Positions 1 through 8,392 of a DNA stretch of 15,225 nucleotides are shown here, one piece after another (the stretch's first letter is position 1; each line of letters opens with the position of its first letter). Position numbers and translations under genes: made by a program. The notes beneath the pieces are model-generated. The model was not told the origin of the DNA and did not search any database. It worked only from the letters and a program-made list of their open reading frames with translations. Source of the DNA: Sandaracinaceae bacterium (lineage in GTDB: Bacteria > Myxococcota_A > Polyangia > Polyangiales > Sandaracinaceae); the NCBI GenBank assembly GCA_044220955.1, contig JBGAQA010000135.1:1-15225 (forward strand). The letters run 5' to 3'.

Positions 1-384
1 GAGCGCGAGCGCCTGGCGGCTCGACCGACCGGACGACGCGATCGAGGAGAGCAGCCGGCGCGAAGCGCTGACGGCCAACGACTCGCTGATCACGATCGCG
101 TCGTCGAGGTGGTCCTGGGCGACGTCCCTCGGGTCGAAGAGCACCCAGCCGGACTGGGGCGAGACCGGGCCCCCGACGTAGACCGGCACGCGCGTGCCGC
201 GGGCCATCGACATGCCCAGGGCCGTCGCCACCTCGGAGAAGCGCACCGGCGAGGGTCGGTTCACGATGAAGCCCAGCGAGCCGCTCTCGCCGTGCTCGAC
301 GACGAGGATGACGGTTCGCACGAAGCTCGGGTCGCGGAGCGCGGGCGCTGCCACGAGGAAGCCGGGTGCGAGCGCGCTCGTCAC
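1..384 (-). CDS. yqgE: YqgE/AlgH (UPF0301, DUF179) family protein, 3'-partial (runs off the left edge)
   Basis: Not in the ORF track. Manual translation from GTG at 384 gives (M)TSALAPGFLVAAPALRDPSFVRTVILVVEHGESGSLGFIVNRP...VPVYVGGPVSPQSGWVLFD...RQALAL. This has the family motifs L-x-D-P-x-F-x-R-(T/S)-V, H-x-x-x-G-(S/A)-x-G-x-x-x-N-R-P and GGPV. The GYAGW motif would follow just beyond the edge. Confidence 0.92.
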   Translation of the reverse strand, partial: MTSALAPGFLVAAPALRDPSFVRTVILVVEHGESGSLGFIVNRPSPVRFSEVATALGMSMARGTRVPVYVGGPVSPQSGWVLFDPRDVAQDHLDDAIVISESLAVSASRRLLSSIASSGRSSRQALAL

Positions 385-427
385 AGAGAGATGGTGCCAG
401 AGGCCTCCGCCGACCGCGAGGGGTTCG

Positions 428-1888
428 TCAATCCGGAGCCTGCCGGACGCGCGACGGATCCCGCCGGAACAGGACGACGTACCAGTACGCCGGCCCGTAG
501 CGGACGACCTCGGCGACCTCGAACGTGCGCACGAGCCGCTCGTCGGCCGCGAGCTCGCGCTCGACGCGGAAGCCGCCGAGCGAGCGGAGCACCCCGCCCT
601 CCACGCGCGGCTCGGTCACCGAGTGCAGCACGATCGCATCGACCTCGCGCTGCGCGAGCAAGGAGAACGGGACCGGCTTCTCTCCGTGCCGGCCCTCGAG
701 GTGTCCGATCGAAGGATCGGTCACGCCCGCCAGATCGACCACGGGCAGATCGGACGCGTACCCGAGGTACCCGATGTCCACCAGCGCCACGCGGTGGGCG
801 CGCGCGCGCAGCGTGTCTGCGAGCCGCCGACCGACCGACTCGCGCGTCGCACCGGCCTCTCTCGCCGCCGGGATCTCCACGAAGAGGTCGAGGGCCGGGA
901 TCGCGCACGCGAGGACCGCGATCGCGAGCGCGCCCCGGGCGCCGATCCGCGGACGGCGCGCGAGATCCGAGACGCCCACGCCCACGAGCCACGCGTAGGC
1001 AGGGAGCACCGGCGTGAGCAGCCGGAAGCCGGGCATCCAGTCGCCGCCCGCGAGCAGCACGCACGCGAGGTGCACGACCACCAGCGTGGCCGGGACGCGG
1101 AGCGAGTAGGACTGCCGCACCGCGACGAACGCGGGCGCGATCCCGACGACGCCGAGGGCGACGAGCGTGCCGTGCCCGAGGTAGTACGCGCCGTTCGCGA
1201 GGTCCGAGGGCTTGGCCGAGACGGAGAGCGGGAGCGCAGTGCCGAAGAGCGCGAGCCGGAACGCGGCGACGGAGGCGAGCCCCACGAGCGCCAGCACGAG
1301 CGCCAGCGCACCGGCGCGCCGATCGCGGCGCATCGCCAGGCCGGCCAGCGTGATCACCCCGGGCACGGCCTCGGGGCGGAGCCAGGCGACGCTCGCGGCG
1401 GCGATGCCGAGCAGGAGCCCGTTCGGCTCGGGCCGCCGCATCGTCGCGAGGAGCGCGACGGTCACCGCGAGGATGGCCGCGCCCGTCTCGAGCCCCGCGA
1501 CCGCCCAGATGCCGAGCGACGACGACGACGCGAGGAACGCCGTGGCCGTCCACACCGCGCGCGAGCCGACGGCGCGCTGCCGCACCTGCGCGACGAGCAG
1601 TCCCACCGCGAGCGCCGCGCACACGAGCCCGACGAGCTTGGCGACGGAGACCGGATCCCCCCCGGCCAGGCGCGCCAGATACCCGGGCACGATGCAGAGC
1701 GGCCCGGTCAGCCCGTCGGTCGCGGGCCCGTCGTTCATCGTGTACCCGCGTCCCGCCGAAAGGCGCGTCGCGTAGCGCGCGACGATGAAGGCATCGTCGA
1801 CCGTGTACGGCCAGCTCGCCACCCCCGCCGCGAGCGTCGCGAGCGCCGCGAGCCAGGGTGCGAGGCGCGAGGTCGATTCGAGGCGCAT
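428..1888 (-). CDS. Polytopic membrane protein, probable GT-C glycosyltransferase (AftB-like / DDAxI family), ~486 aa
   Basis: ORF 428..1894; ATG at 1888 is the likely start. It has many hydrophobic helices, a first loop YTVDDAFIVARYATRLSAGRGYTMNDG...GLTGPL with the acidic DD pair typical of GT-C enzymes, and GLET, RPE and GGDWMPGFRLL motifs, followed by a C-terminal soluble domain (DIGYLGY, DLAGVTD). Confidence 0.75.
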   Translation of the reverse strand: MRLESTSRLAPWLAALATLAAGVASWPYTVDDAFIVARYATRLSAGRGYTMNDGPATDGLTGPLCIVPGYLARLAGGDPVSVAKLVGLVCAALAVGLLVAQVRQRAVGSRAVWTATAFLASSSSLGIWAVAGLETGAAILAVTVALLATMRRPEPNGLLLGIAAASVAWLRPEAVPGVITLAGLAMRRDRRAGALALVLALVGLASVAAFRLALFGTALPLSVSAKPSDLANGAYYLGHGTLVALGVVGIAPAFVAVRQSYSLRVPATLVVVHLACVLLAGGDWMPGFRLLTPVLPAYAWLVGVGVSDLARRPRIGARGALAIAVLACAIPALDLFVEIPAAREAGATRESVGRRLADTLRARAHRVALVDIGYLGYASDLPVVDLAGVTDPSIGHLEGRHGEKPVPFSLLAQREVDAIVLHSVTEPRVEGGVLRSLGGFRVERELAADERLVRTFEVAEVVRYGPAYWYVVLFRRDPSRVRQAPD

Positions 1889-1935
1889 CCGCACGAGCCC
1901 GGGTATTCTGCGTCGCGGAGCCGCCGCGCACCACG

Positions 1936-3054
1936 ATGGAGAACGGATCGCGCATCGGAAAGTACGCGCTCGAGGAGAAGCTCGGCGAAGGAGGCAACGG
2001 GCAGGTGTACGCGGCGCGCGACACCGTCCTCGGGCGCCGCGTGGCGCTGAAGCTGCTCCACGGCCAGCTCATCACCGACGCGACGGTCGCAGGGCGCTTC
2101 CGGCAGGAGGCGCAAGCGATGGCGCAGCTCAGCCATCCCAACGTCGTCGTCATGCACGACTTCGTCTCCGAGGGACCACGCTGGGCGATCGTGATGGAGC
2201 TGGTCGAGAGCGGCGAGACGCTCGGGAGCATCATCAAGCGCGAAGGCCGGCTCTCGCCTGCGCGGGCGCTGCGCATCGCGAGCGGCGTCGCCTCCGCGCT
2301 CGGCCACGCGCACGCGCGCGGTATCGTGCATCGCGACGTGAAGCCGGCGAACGTGCTCGTGGTGCGCGATCACGGCCAGGAGACGGCGAAGCTGACCGAC
2401 TTCGGCATCGCGCGGGTGATGCACGGCGAGCGACGCACGGGCGCGCAGCTGACGCTCGGGACCCTCTGGTACATCGCCCCCGAGCAGGCGCAGAGCTCGG
2501 GCGTCGACGCGCGGGCGGACGTCTACTCCCTCGGCGCCACGCTCTACGAGGCGATCACCGGGCGGGTGGTCTTTCCTTACGACAACGTCGCGCGCGTGCT
2601 CGCGGCGCACATCGGGGAGATCCCACCGCGCCCGGCGCAGCTCGTGCCCGGGATCCCCGCCTCCCTCGACCGGCTGGTGATGCGCTGCATCGCGAAGAGC
2701 CCCGACGAGCGGCCGCCCAATGGCGATGCGCTGCGCGCCCTGCTCGACGAGTGCCGGGCGGAGATCGAGGGGAGCAGCCCCGGCGCGATCCCGTCGACCC
2801 GGCCGATGGGCGAGATGCAGGCGAGCCTCGACGCGGCGCGCGCCGCGGCGAGCCCGTCGTATCGTCCGCCGGCGGGCACGACGCCGCCGGTGCTGCCGCT
2901 GAACGTCACGCCCACGACCGCGGCGCCGAGCGGCGGCATGAGCGCCGAGTCGGGTCGGCTCGGCCTCTACATCGGCCTCGGAGCGCTGACGCTGGTCACG
3001 AGCGCGTGCCTGCTCGGCAGCCTCCTCTTCGTGATCAGCCTCGTGCTGCGCTGA
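1936..3054 (+). CDS. Hanks-type serine/threonine protein kinase with Pro/Thr-rich linker and C-terminal transmembrane helix, ~372 aa
   Basis: Within ORF 1858..3054; ATG at 1936 (MENGSRIGKYALEEKLG) avoids overlap with the divergent gene. Motifs GEGGNGQV, VALK, FRQEA, HRDVKPAN, DFG, GTLWYIAPE, DVYSLG. It ends with hydrophobic LGLYIGLGALTLVTSACLLGSLLFVISLVLR. Confidence 0.95.
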   Translation: MENGSRIGKYALEEKLGEGGNGQVYAARDTVLGRRVALKLLHGQLITDATVAGRFRQEAQAMAQLSHPNVVVMHDFVSEGPRWAIVMELVESGETLGSIIKREGRLSPARALRIASGVASALGHAHARGIVHRDVKPANVLVVRDHGQETAKLTDFGIARVMHGERRTGAQLTLGTLWYIAPEQAQSSGVDARADVYSLGATLYEAITGRVVFPYDNVARVLAAHIGEIPPRPAQLVPGIPASLDRLVMRCIAKSPDERPPNGDALRALLDECRAEIEGSSPGAIPSTRPMGEMQASLDAARAAASPSYRPPAGTTPPVLPLNVTPTTAAPSGGMSAESGRLGLYIGLGALTLVTSACLLGSLLFVISLVLR

Positions 3055-3072
3055 GCGCGCCCGGAGGCCGGA

Positions 3073-4629
3073 TCAGCGCGCGTACGCGGCGACCCGCGCG
3101 CAGTCGAGCAGCGGGCGGCCGCTCGGGTTGCGGTACGGCGCGACACAGGTGCCGAGCAGCAGCGCGAGATCCTTGACGTCGATCCCCGGGCCGTTCGGCT
3201 CGATCGCGTAGTCCCCGTCAGGGGTGCCGGCCTCGAACACGTGCCACTCGTCCCCGGACGTGTCGTATCCGGCGAAGGCCGCCTCGATCTGCGCGTGGAC
3301 CCAGCGAACCTCGCGCGAGGTGAGCGGGACGCCGAGGTTGGCCGCCTCGACGATCAGCTGCACGACGTCCGACGGGTGCGCGTTGTCGGGCGCCGGCCCC
3401 GCCTCGAGAACGTCGAGCAACATCTCGATGCGCGTCGCGAGCCCGGCGAGCAGCTCGAGGGCGAGCGCGTCCTGCCCCGTGACGAGCGCCAAGGCTGCCG
3501 CCGCCTCGTGGTGCGAGCGCACGATCTGCATCGCCGAGTTGTTGAGCCCCATCGTCGGATCGGGGCTCGCTCCGGTCGGGGTGCCGCACCTGGCCCCGTA
3601 GGGATCGTTTCGAGACAGGAGCCGGATCGCGATCTGCGCGTGGCACTCGGCCACGGGCACGAAGTACGTCGCGAGCTGGCTCGTCGGCACGACGACGTTC
3701 AGATCGCGGTCGAGCGTCGCGATGTGGAAGTCGTCCCGCTCCACGCGCTGCGCCCACTCCTGATAGAGGCGCCGCGCTTCGACGATGTCGTCCTGGGCGC
3801 CGGGCTCGGTGAGCACGCCATCGCAGGCGTCGATCGCCGCGACGCCTCGCATGATGTGGCCCATGTCGTCCTTGCTGCGCTGCGCCTGGACGTAGAGGTC
3901 GCCCCAGCTCGGGTTGTCCGGGATGTGGATGAAGTACGAAGCGCCCCCGTCCACCCCGGGTCGGTTCGGGTCGTAGTCGATGTCCACGTCCCGATCGACG
4001 TCGTGCACCGACGCCGGATAGGCCGCGCGCGAAGTCAGCCCGATCTCGGGATCGGCCGCCCCGCGCCGCATCGAGAGCCGCCACGACGAGAGCCCGCGGA
4101 CCAGCCTCCGGACCAGGTGCTGATCCTGGTCGTGGTGCCAGAGGAGCCACGCGTAGCAGGCCCCTTCCATGATCTGGGGCGTGCGCAGGCCGTTGTTCTC
4201 CGCGCCGACGTCGACGTGCACGAAGGTGACGTGGCCCGATCGGAGCGAGATGCCCGTGCCGCTCCACCACGTCGCGTACCAGTAGCGCCCGCCGGGCGCC
4301 GACTCGGGCCAGCCGTGCACGCGGTCCTCCATGTAGTCGAACCAGCGGGTGCGATCGAGCAGCGCGAGGTAGTGATCCGTCGCGTCACCGAGCTCGGTCG
4401 AGGTCAGGGGAGCGCCGACGTCGGGGCGGGAGTAGTCGAAGGGCAGCACGCGCGTGTGCGACGGGAACACCCCCGTGGGCGTCGGCGGTCGCGAGCCGCC
4501 GTCCCGGCCGGGCGTCGGCGCGTCCGAGGGCGCGAGCGCGTCGTCGGGCCCGCCGTCCCGAGGAGTCGGCGCGGCGCCTGGCGAGCACGCGAGCGTGAGG
4601 AGCATGGTGGCGAGGGCGGCGCGCGTCAT
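3073..4629 (-). CDS. Uncharacterised probable lipoprotein, ~518 aa
   Basis: Within ORF 3073..4920. ATG at 4629 has GGAG about 8 nt upstream. MTRAALATMLLTLA-C resembles a short signal peptide with a lipobox-like Cys, followed by a Pro/Asp/Gly linker (RDGGPDDA...RDGGS) and a globular aromatic-rich domain. Codons are GC3-rich in this frame. Confidence 0.8.
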   Translation of the reverse strand: MTRAALATMLLTLACSPGAAPTPRDGGPDDALAPSDAPTPGRDGGSRPPTPTGVFPSHTRVLPFDYSRPDVGAPLTSTELGDATDHYLALLDRTRWFDYMEDRVHGWPESAPGGRYWYATWWSGTGISLRSGHVTFVHVDVGAENNGLRTPQIMEGACYAWLLWHHDQDQHLVRRLVRGLSSWRLSMRRGAADPEIGLTSRAAYPASVHDVDRDVDIDYDPNRPGVDGGASYFIHIPDNPSWGDLYVQAQRSKDDMGHIMRGVAAIDACDGVLTEPGAQDDIVEARRLYQEWAQRVERDDFHIATLDRDLNVVVPTSQLATYFVPVAECHAQIAIRLLSRNDPYGARCGTPTGASPDPTMGLNNSAMQIVRSHHEAAAALALVTGQDALALELLAGLATRIEMLLDVLEAGPAPDNAHPSDVVQLIVEAANLGVPLTSREVRWVHAQIEAAFAGYDTSGDEWHVFEAGTPDGDYAIEPNGPGIDVKDLALLLGTCVAPYRNPSGRPLLDCARVAAYAR

Positions 4630-4761
4630 CGGTGGGTCTCCGTTCGCCGACGTGCCCCGGCGCCCGTCTGGCCCGCCGTCGGTCACCGCGGAGGGTACCT
4701 CCACGGCGCGCGGAAGCCCGTGGTCGCGGGCCGAGTCGGGAGCACGAAGAGGGGATGCTCG

Positions 4762-4777
4762 TGGCACGGCTCTGGCA
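4762..4777 (+). promoter_or_regulatory. Putative sigma54 (-24/-12) promoter for the hybrid kinase operon
   Basis: TGGCACG-GCTC-TGGCA versus consensus TGGCACG-N4-TTGCW: one mismatch and exact GG-N10-GC spacing. It is intergenic, 70 bp upstream of the kinase start. Confidence 0.55.
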
Positions 4778-4846
4778 TAACCTGGCGCCGATGACGTTCT
4801 CGCCCGACACGGGCCAGCCTGTCCGGCGCGGGTCCCGGGGGCTGGA

Positions 4847-7800
4847 TTGAAGCGCCCCGAGATCCCCGCCGGCGAGGCGGCCCGACTCGATGCGCTGCGT
4901 TCGTACGGGGTGCTCGACACGGATCCCGAGCCCGCGTTCGACGCGCTGACGCGCCTCGCAGCCCACGTCGTCGGCGTGCCCGTCGCGCTCGTGTCGCTCG
5001 TGGACGCCGATCGTCAGTGGTTCAAGTCGCGCTACGGGCTCGAAGCGCCCGAGACACCCCGGGACGTGTCCTTCTGCGGACACGTGGTCGGCGCCGACGC
5101 AGCGTTGGTCGTCGCCGACGCCTGGGCCGATCCCCGCTTCGCCGACAACCCGCTGGTCACCGGCGAGCCGCGCGTCCGGTTCTACGTGGGCATGCCGCTC
5201 CGGACGGCCGACGGGCACGTGCTGGGCACCCTCTGCGCGATCGACCACGTCGCGCGCGAGGTGACCGACGCGCAGCGCGAGATGCTGCGCCTGCTCGCGG
5301 CGCAGGTCGTCGACCAGCTGGAGCTACGGCGCCGCAACCTGGCGCTGGCGCGCGCCACCGTCGAGCTCGACAAGTACCGCCGATTCTTCGACGTCGACAT
5401 CGATCTGCTCGCGACCTTCGACGCCGAGCTCTTCTTCGTCGAGTTCAACCCGGCCTGGCAGCGCGTGGTGGGGTGGACGCCGGACGAGCTCCGAGCCGTG
5501 AGCGCCGCCGAGCGGATCCACCCGGAAGACCTGCCGGCCACGCTCCGGGAGGCCGGGCGGATGCTTCGCGAGTCCGGCTCCACCGTCGCGTTCGAGCACC
5601 GCTTCGCGCACAGAGGCGGCGGGTGGGTCACCCTCTCGTGGAACGCGACCGCGCGGGACGGATTGTACTTCGCGTCCGCGCGCGACATGACGGCGGTGCA
5701 CGCCGCCCAGGCGGAGCTGCGGGCGTCGAACGCGCGCAGCGCCGAGCTCGCGGTGCGACTGAACGGGATCTTCGGGAGCGCGAACTACAGCATCATCGAG
5801 ACGGACCCCGAGGGGACGATCCGGGAGTTCAACGCCGCGGCCGAGCGCATGCTCGGCTACCGGCGGGACGAGGTCGTGGGCAAGGTCACCCCGGCCGTCA
5901 TCCACGACGTCGACGAGGTGACTCGCCGAGCGCAGGAGCTCACGACGGAGCTCGGAGTCCCCGTGGCGCCGGGCTTCGACGCGTTCGTCGCCAAGGCCCG
6001 GCGAGACGGCGCCGACGAGCGCGAGTGGACCTACGTCCGCAAGGACGGCTCGCGCTTCCCGGTCGAGCTGTCCGTGACCGTCCGCCGCGACCAGGCCGGC
6101 ACCATCGTCGGTTACCTCGGGATCGCGAGCGACATCAGCGAGCGACACCGCGCTCGCGCGCTGCTCCAGCAGAGCGAGCGCAGGACGCGCGCGATCGTCG
6201 ACGGCTCCCCCGACGCGATCGTGACGATCGACGAGGCCGGCACCATCCAGAGCGTCAATCCGTCGGTCGAGCGACTGCTCGGCTACGCGCGCGCGGAGCT
6301 CGTCGGGCAGAACGTCAAGGTGCTGATGCCGTCCCCACACCGCGAGGCCCACGATCATTACATCGAGCGCTTCATCCGGACGGGCGAGCGGAAGATCATC
6401 GGGATCGGGCGCGAGGTCGAGGCGATGCGCCGGGACGGGAGCACGTTCCCGGCGGACCTCACGATCACGGAGCTCCACTTCGACGGCCGCCGGCACTTCG
6501 CGGGCGTCCTTCGCGACATCTCCGATCGCAAGCGCGTGGACCTGCTGCAGTCCGAGTTCGTCTCCACCGTGAGCCACGAGCTGCGCACCCCCTTGACCTC
6601 CATCCGCGGCTCGCTGGGCCTCATCGCCGGCGGGATCACGGGCGAGCTCCCCGCAGAGGCGAAGGAGTACGTCGAGATCGCTCTCTCCAACAGCGATCGG
6701 CTCGTCCGTCTGATCAACGACCTCCTCGACATGGAGAAGATGCAGTCCGGCCACATGGAGTTCCGTCCGCGCGCGACGGATCTCGCGAGCGCCGTCCGAG
6801 CCGCGATCGAGCAGAACGAAGCGTTCGCCACGGCGCATCGTGTGCGCGTCGTCCTGGCTGCCCCCGTCCCCGCCGGTGAGGTCGTCGTCGATCCCGACCG
6901 CCTGGCGCAGGTGCTGACGAACCTCATCTCGAACGCCGCCAAGTTCTCCCCGCCGGACTCGCTCGTCGAGGTGACGGTGACCCGCATCGCGCGCCGCTTC
7001 CGGATCGCGATCCGCGATCACGGCCCCGGAATCCCGCCGGAGTTCCGCGACCGCATCTTCCAGCGTTTCGCCCAGGCCGACGCCTCCACCACGCGTGCCA
7101 AGGGCGGGACCGGGCTCGGCCTGGCGATCTCCAAGGCGATCGTCGAGAAGATGCACGGCCGGATGGGCTTCGAGCCCGCCGAGGGCGGCGGCACGGTGTT
7201 CTTCTTCGAGCTTCCGTACCTCGCGCCCCTCGACGCGCCGCCGCGCGATGCGCCGAGCGCTGGCAGGGTGCTGATCTGCGAGGACGACCCGGACGTCGGC
7301 GCGGCCCTCGAGCGGTTGCTCGCGAGCGCCGGCTACCTCACGCACACCGCGCCCACCGTCGAGCGCGCGCGGCGACTGCTCGATCGTTTCGCGTACGACG
7401 CCATCACGCTCGATCTCGTCCTGGCGGACGGCGAGGCGACCCCGCTGATCGCGGAGGTGCGCGGTTCCTCGAACAACCGATCGGCCCCCATCATCGTGGT
7501 GTCCGGCTCGAGCAGCCCGCTGGGCCGAGCCGTCGTGTGGGTGAGCGACGTGCTCGCCAAGCCGTTCGTCGAGGCGCGCCTGCTCGCTGCCCTGAAGACC
7601 GCGATCGCCACGTGTCGCAGCCGCGCGCCTCGACTCCTGCACGTCGAGGACGACGCCGACATCCGGCGCGTCGTCAAGCGGACGCTTCCGGACGCGTGGA
7701 CGATCGTCGCGGCGCCGACCGCGCAGGCCGCGCGAAGCGCCCTGGCCGAGGGGGCTTTCGACGTCGTGCTGCTCGATCTGTCGCTCCCGGACGGCGCCGG

Positions 7801-7990
7801 CGACGACCTGCTGCAGCTCGTCGGCCGCGCACAGGTGATCGTCTTCTCCGCGTCGGACGCGCCCGAGGAGCTCGGGCGCCGCGTCGCTGCGGCGCTCGTG
7901 AAGTCGAAGGCGACGCCGGCCGACGTGCGCGACGCCATCGTGGCCGCCGTCGCGCACGCCGTGACGAACCGGCGAGGAGCGACGGAATGA
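4847..7990 (+). CDS. Cytoplasmic hybrid sensor histidine kinase: GAF-PAS-PAS-PAS(FixL-like)-HisKA-HATPase-REC-REC, 1047 aa
   Basis: TTG start. GAF (EAARLDALRSYGVLDT, SFCGH, DPRFADNPLV, RFYVGMPL, GTLCAID), three PAS/PAC domains, H-box FVSTVSHELRTPLTSI (His577), N-box QVLTNLISNAAKFS, G1 DHGPGI, F-box IFQRFAQAD, G2 GGTGLGLAI, and two receivers (VLICEDD...ITLD...VVS...AKPF; LLHVEDD...LLD...VFS...VKS). No obvious TM helix. Confidence 0.96.
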   Translation: MKRPEIPAGEAARLDALRSYGVLDTDPEPAFDALTRLAAHVVGVPVALVSLVDADRQWFKSRYGLEAPETPRDVSFCGHVVGADAALVVADAWADPRFADNPLVTGEPRVRFYVGMPLRTADGHVLGTLCAIDHVAREVTDAQREMLRLLAAQVVDQLELRRRNLALARATVELDKYRRFFDVDIDLLATFDAELFFVEFNPAWQRVVGWTPDELRAVSAAERIHPEDLPATLREAGRMLRESGSTVAFEHRFAHRGGGWVTLSWNATARDGLYFASARDMTAVHAAQAELRASNARSAELAVRLNGIFGSANYSIIETDPEGTIREFNAAAERMLGYRRDEVVGKVTPAVIHDVDEVTRRAQELTTELGVPVAPGFDAFVAKARRDGADEREWTYVRKDGSRFPVELSVTVRRDQAGTIVGYLGIASDISERHRARALLQQSERRTRAIVDGSPDAIVTIDEAGTIQSVNPSVERLLGYARAELVGQNVKVLMPSPHREAHDHYIERFIRTGERKIIGIGREVEAMRRDGSTFPADLTITELHFDGRRHFAGVLRDISDRKRVDLLQSEFVSTVSHELRTPLTSIRGSLGLIAGGITGELPAEAKEYVEIALSNSDRLVRLINDLLDMEKMQSGHMEFRPRATDLASAVRAAIEQNEAFATAHRVRVVLAAPVPAGEVVVDPDRLAQVLTNLISNAAKFSPPDSLVEVTVTRIARRFRIAIRDHGPGIPPEFRDRIFQRFAQADASTTRAKGGTGLGLAISKAIVEKMHGRMGFEPAEGGGTVFFFELPYLAPLDAPPRDAPSAGRVLICEDDPDVGAALERLLASAGYLTHTAPTVERARRLLDRFAYDAITLDLVLADGEATPLIAEVRGSSNNRSAPIIVVSGSSSPLGRAVVWVSDVLAKPFVEARLLAALKTAIATCRSRAPRLLHVEDDADIRRVVKRTLPDAWTIVAAPTAQAARSALAEGAFDVVLLDLSLPDGAGDDLLQLVGRAQVIVFSASDAPEELGRRVAAALVKSKATPADVRDAIVAAVAHAVTNRRGATE

Positions 7991-8358
7991 AGATCCTGCT
8001 GATCGACGACGAGCCGGACATCCGCAAGATCGGGCGCCTCAGCCTGGAGGCCGTCGGAAAGTTCGAGGTCGTCCTGGCGGCCGGCGCCGCGGAGGGGCTG
8101 GCGCTCGCCCGGACGGAGCGGCCCGACGCGATCTTGCTGGACATGATGATGCCCGGCATGGACGGGCTCGCCGCGCTGGGCGAGCTCCGCGCCGCGCCCG
8201 ATCTGGCGACGGTGCCTGTGATCTTCATGACGGCCCGCGTGCAGCGTCACGAGGTCGAGCGGTACCTGGGCCTCGGGGCGGCGGGCGTCATCCAGAAGCC
8301 GTTCGATCCGATGACGCTGCCGGACGAGGTCCGCCGTCTGCTGGCCACCCGCCGCTGA
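7987..8358 (+). CDS. Single-domain (CheY-like) response regulator, 123 aa
   Basis: ATG at 7987 overlaps the kinase stop (ATGA). MKILLIDDEPDI...ILLDMMMPGMDG...VIFMTA...IQKPFDPMTL contains all receiver catalytic residues and no output domain. Confidence 0.95.
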   Translation: MKILLIDDEPDIRKIGRLSLEAVGKFEVVLAAGAAEGLALARTERPDAILLDMMMPGMDGLAALGELRAAPDLATVPVIFMTARVQRHEVERYLGLGAAGVIQKPFDPMTLPDEVRRLLATRR

Positions 8359-8376
8359 CGCGCCGGCGCCGGACGA

Positions 8377-8392
8377 CGGCACGGAGACTGCT
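8377..8392 (+). promoter_or_regulatory. Sigma54-like -24/-12 motif in the convergent gap, facing the 3' end of the sigma54 activator gene
   Basis: CGGCACG-GAGA-CTGCT with GG-N10-GC spacing and two mismatches to TGGCACG-N4-TTGCW. No convincing sense gene follows it. Confidence 0.35.

Noticed and set aside
109..2610. Long overlapping ORFs 109..1017, 194..2050, 381..2276, 1735..2610 and similar
   Set aside because: Arg/Ala/Pro-rich shadow frames expected in very GC-rich DNA. They overlap motif-supported genes and have no recognisable domains.
3241..7957. ORFs 3241..4794 (+), 4385..5248 (-), 5017..6879 (+), 5324..7957 (-)
   Set aside because: Antisense or off-frame shadows of the lipoprotein and histidine kinase.
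7537..7986. N-terminal extension of the response regulator (273-aa ORF)
   Set aside because: Off-frame overlap with the kinase. The ATGA overlap at 7987 marks the real start.
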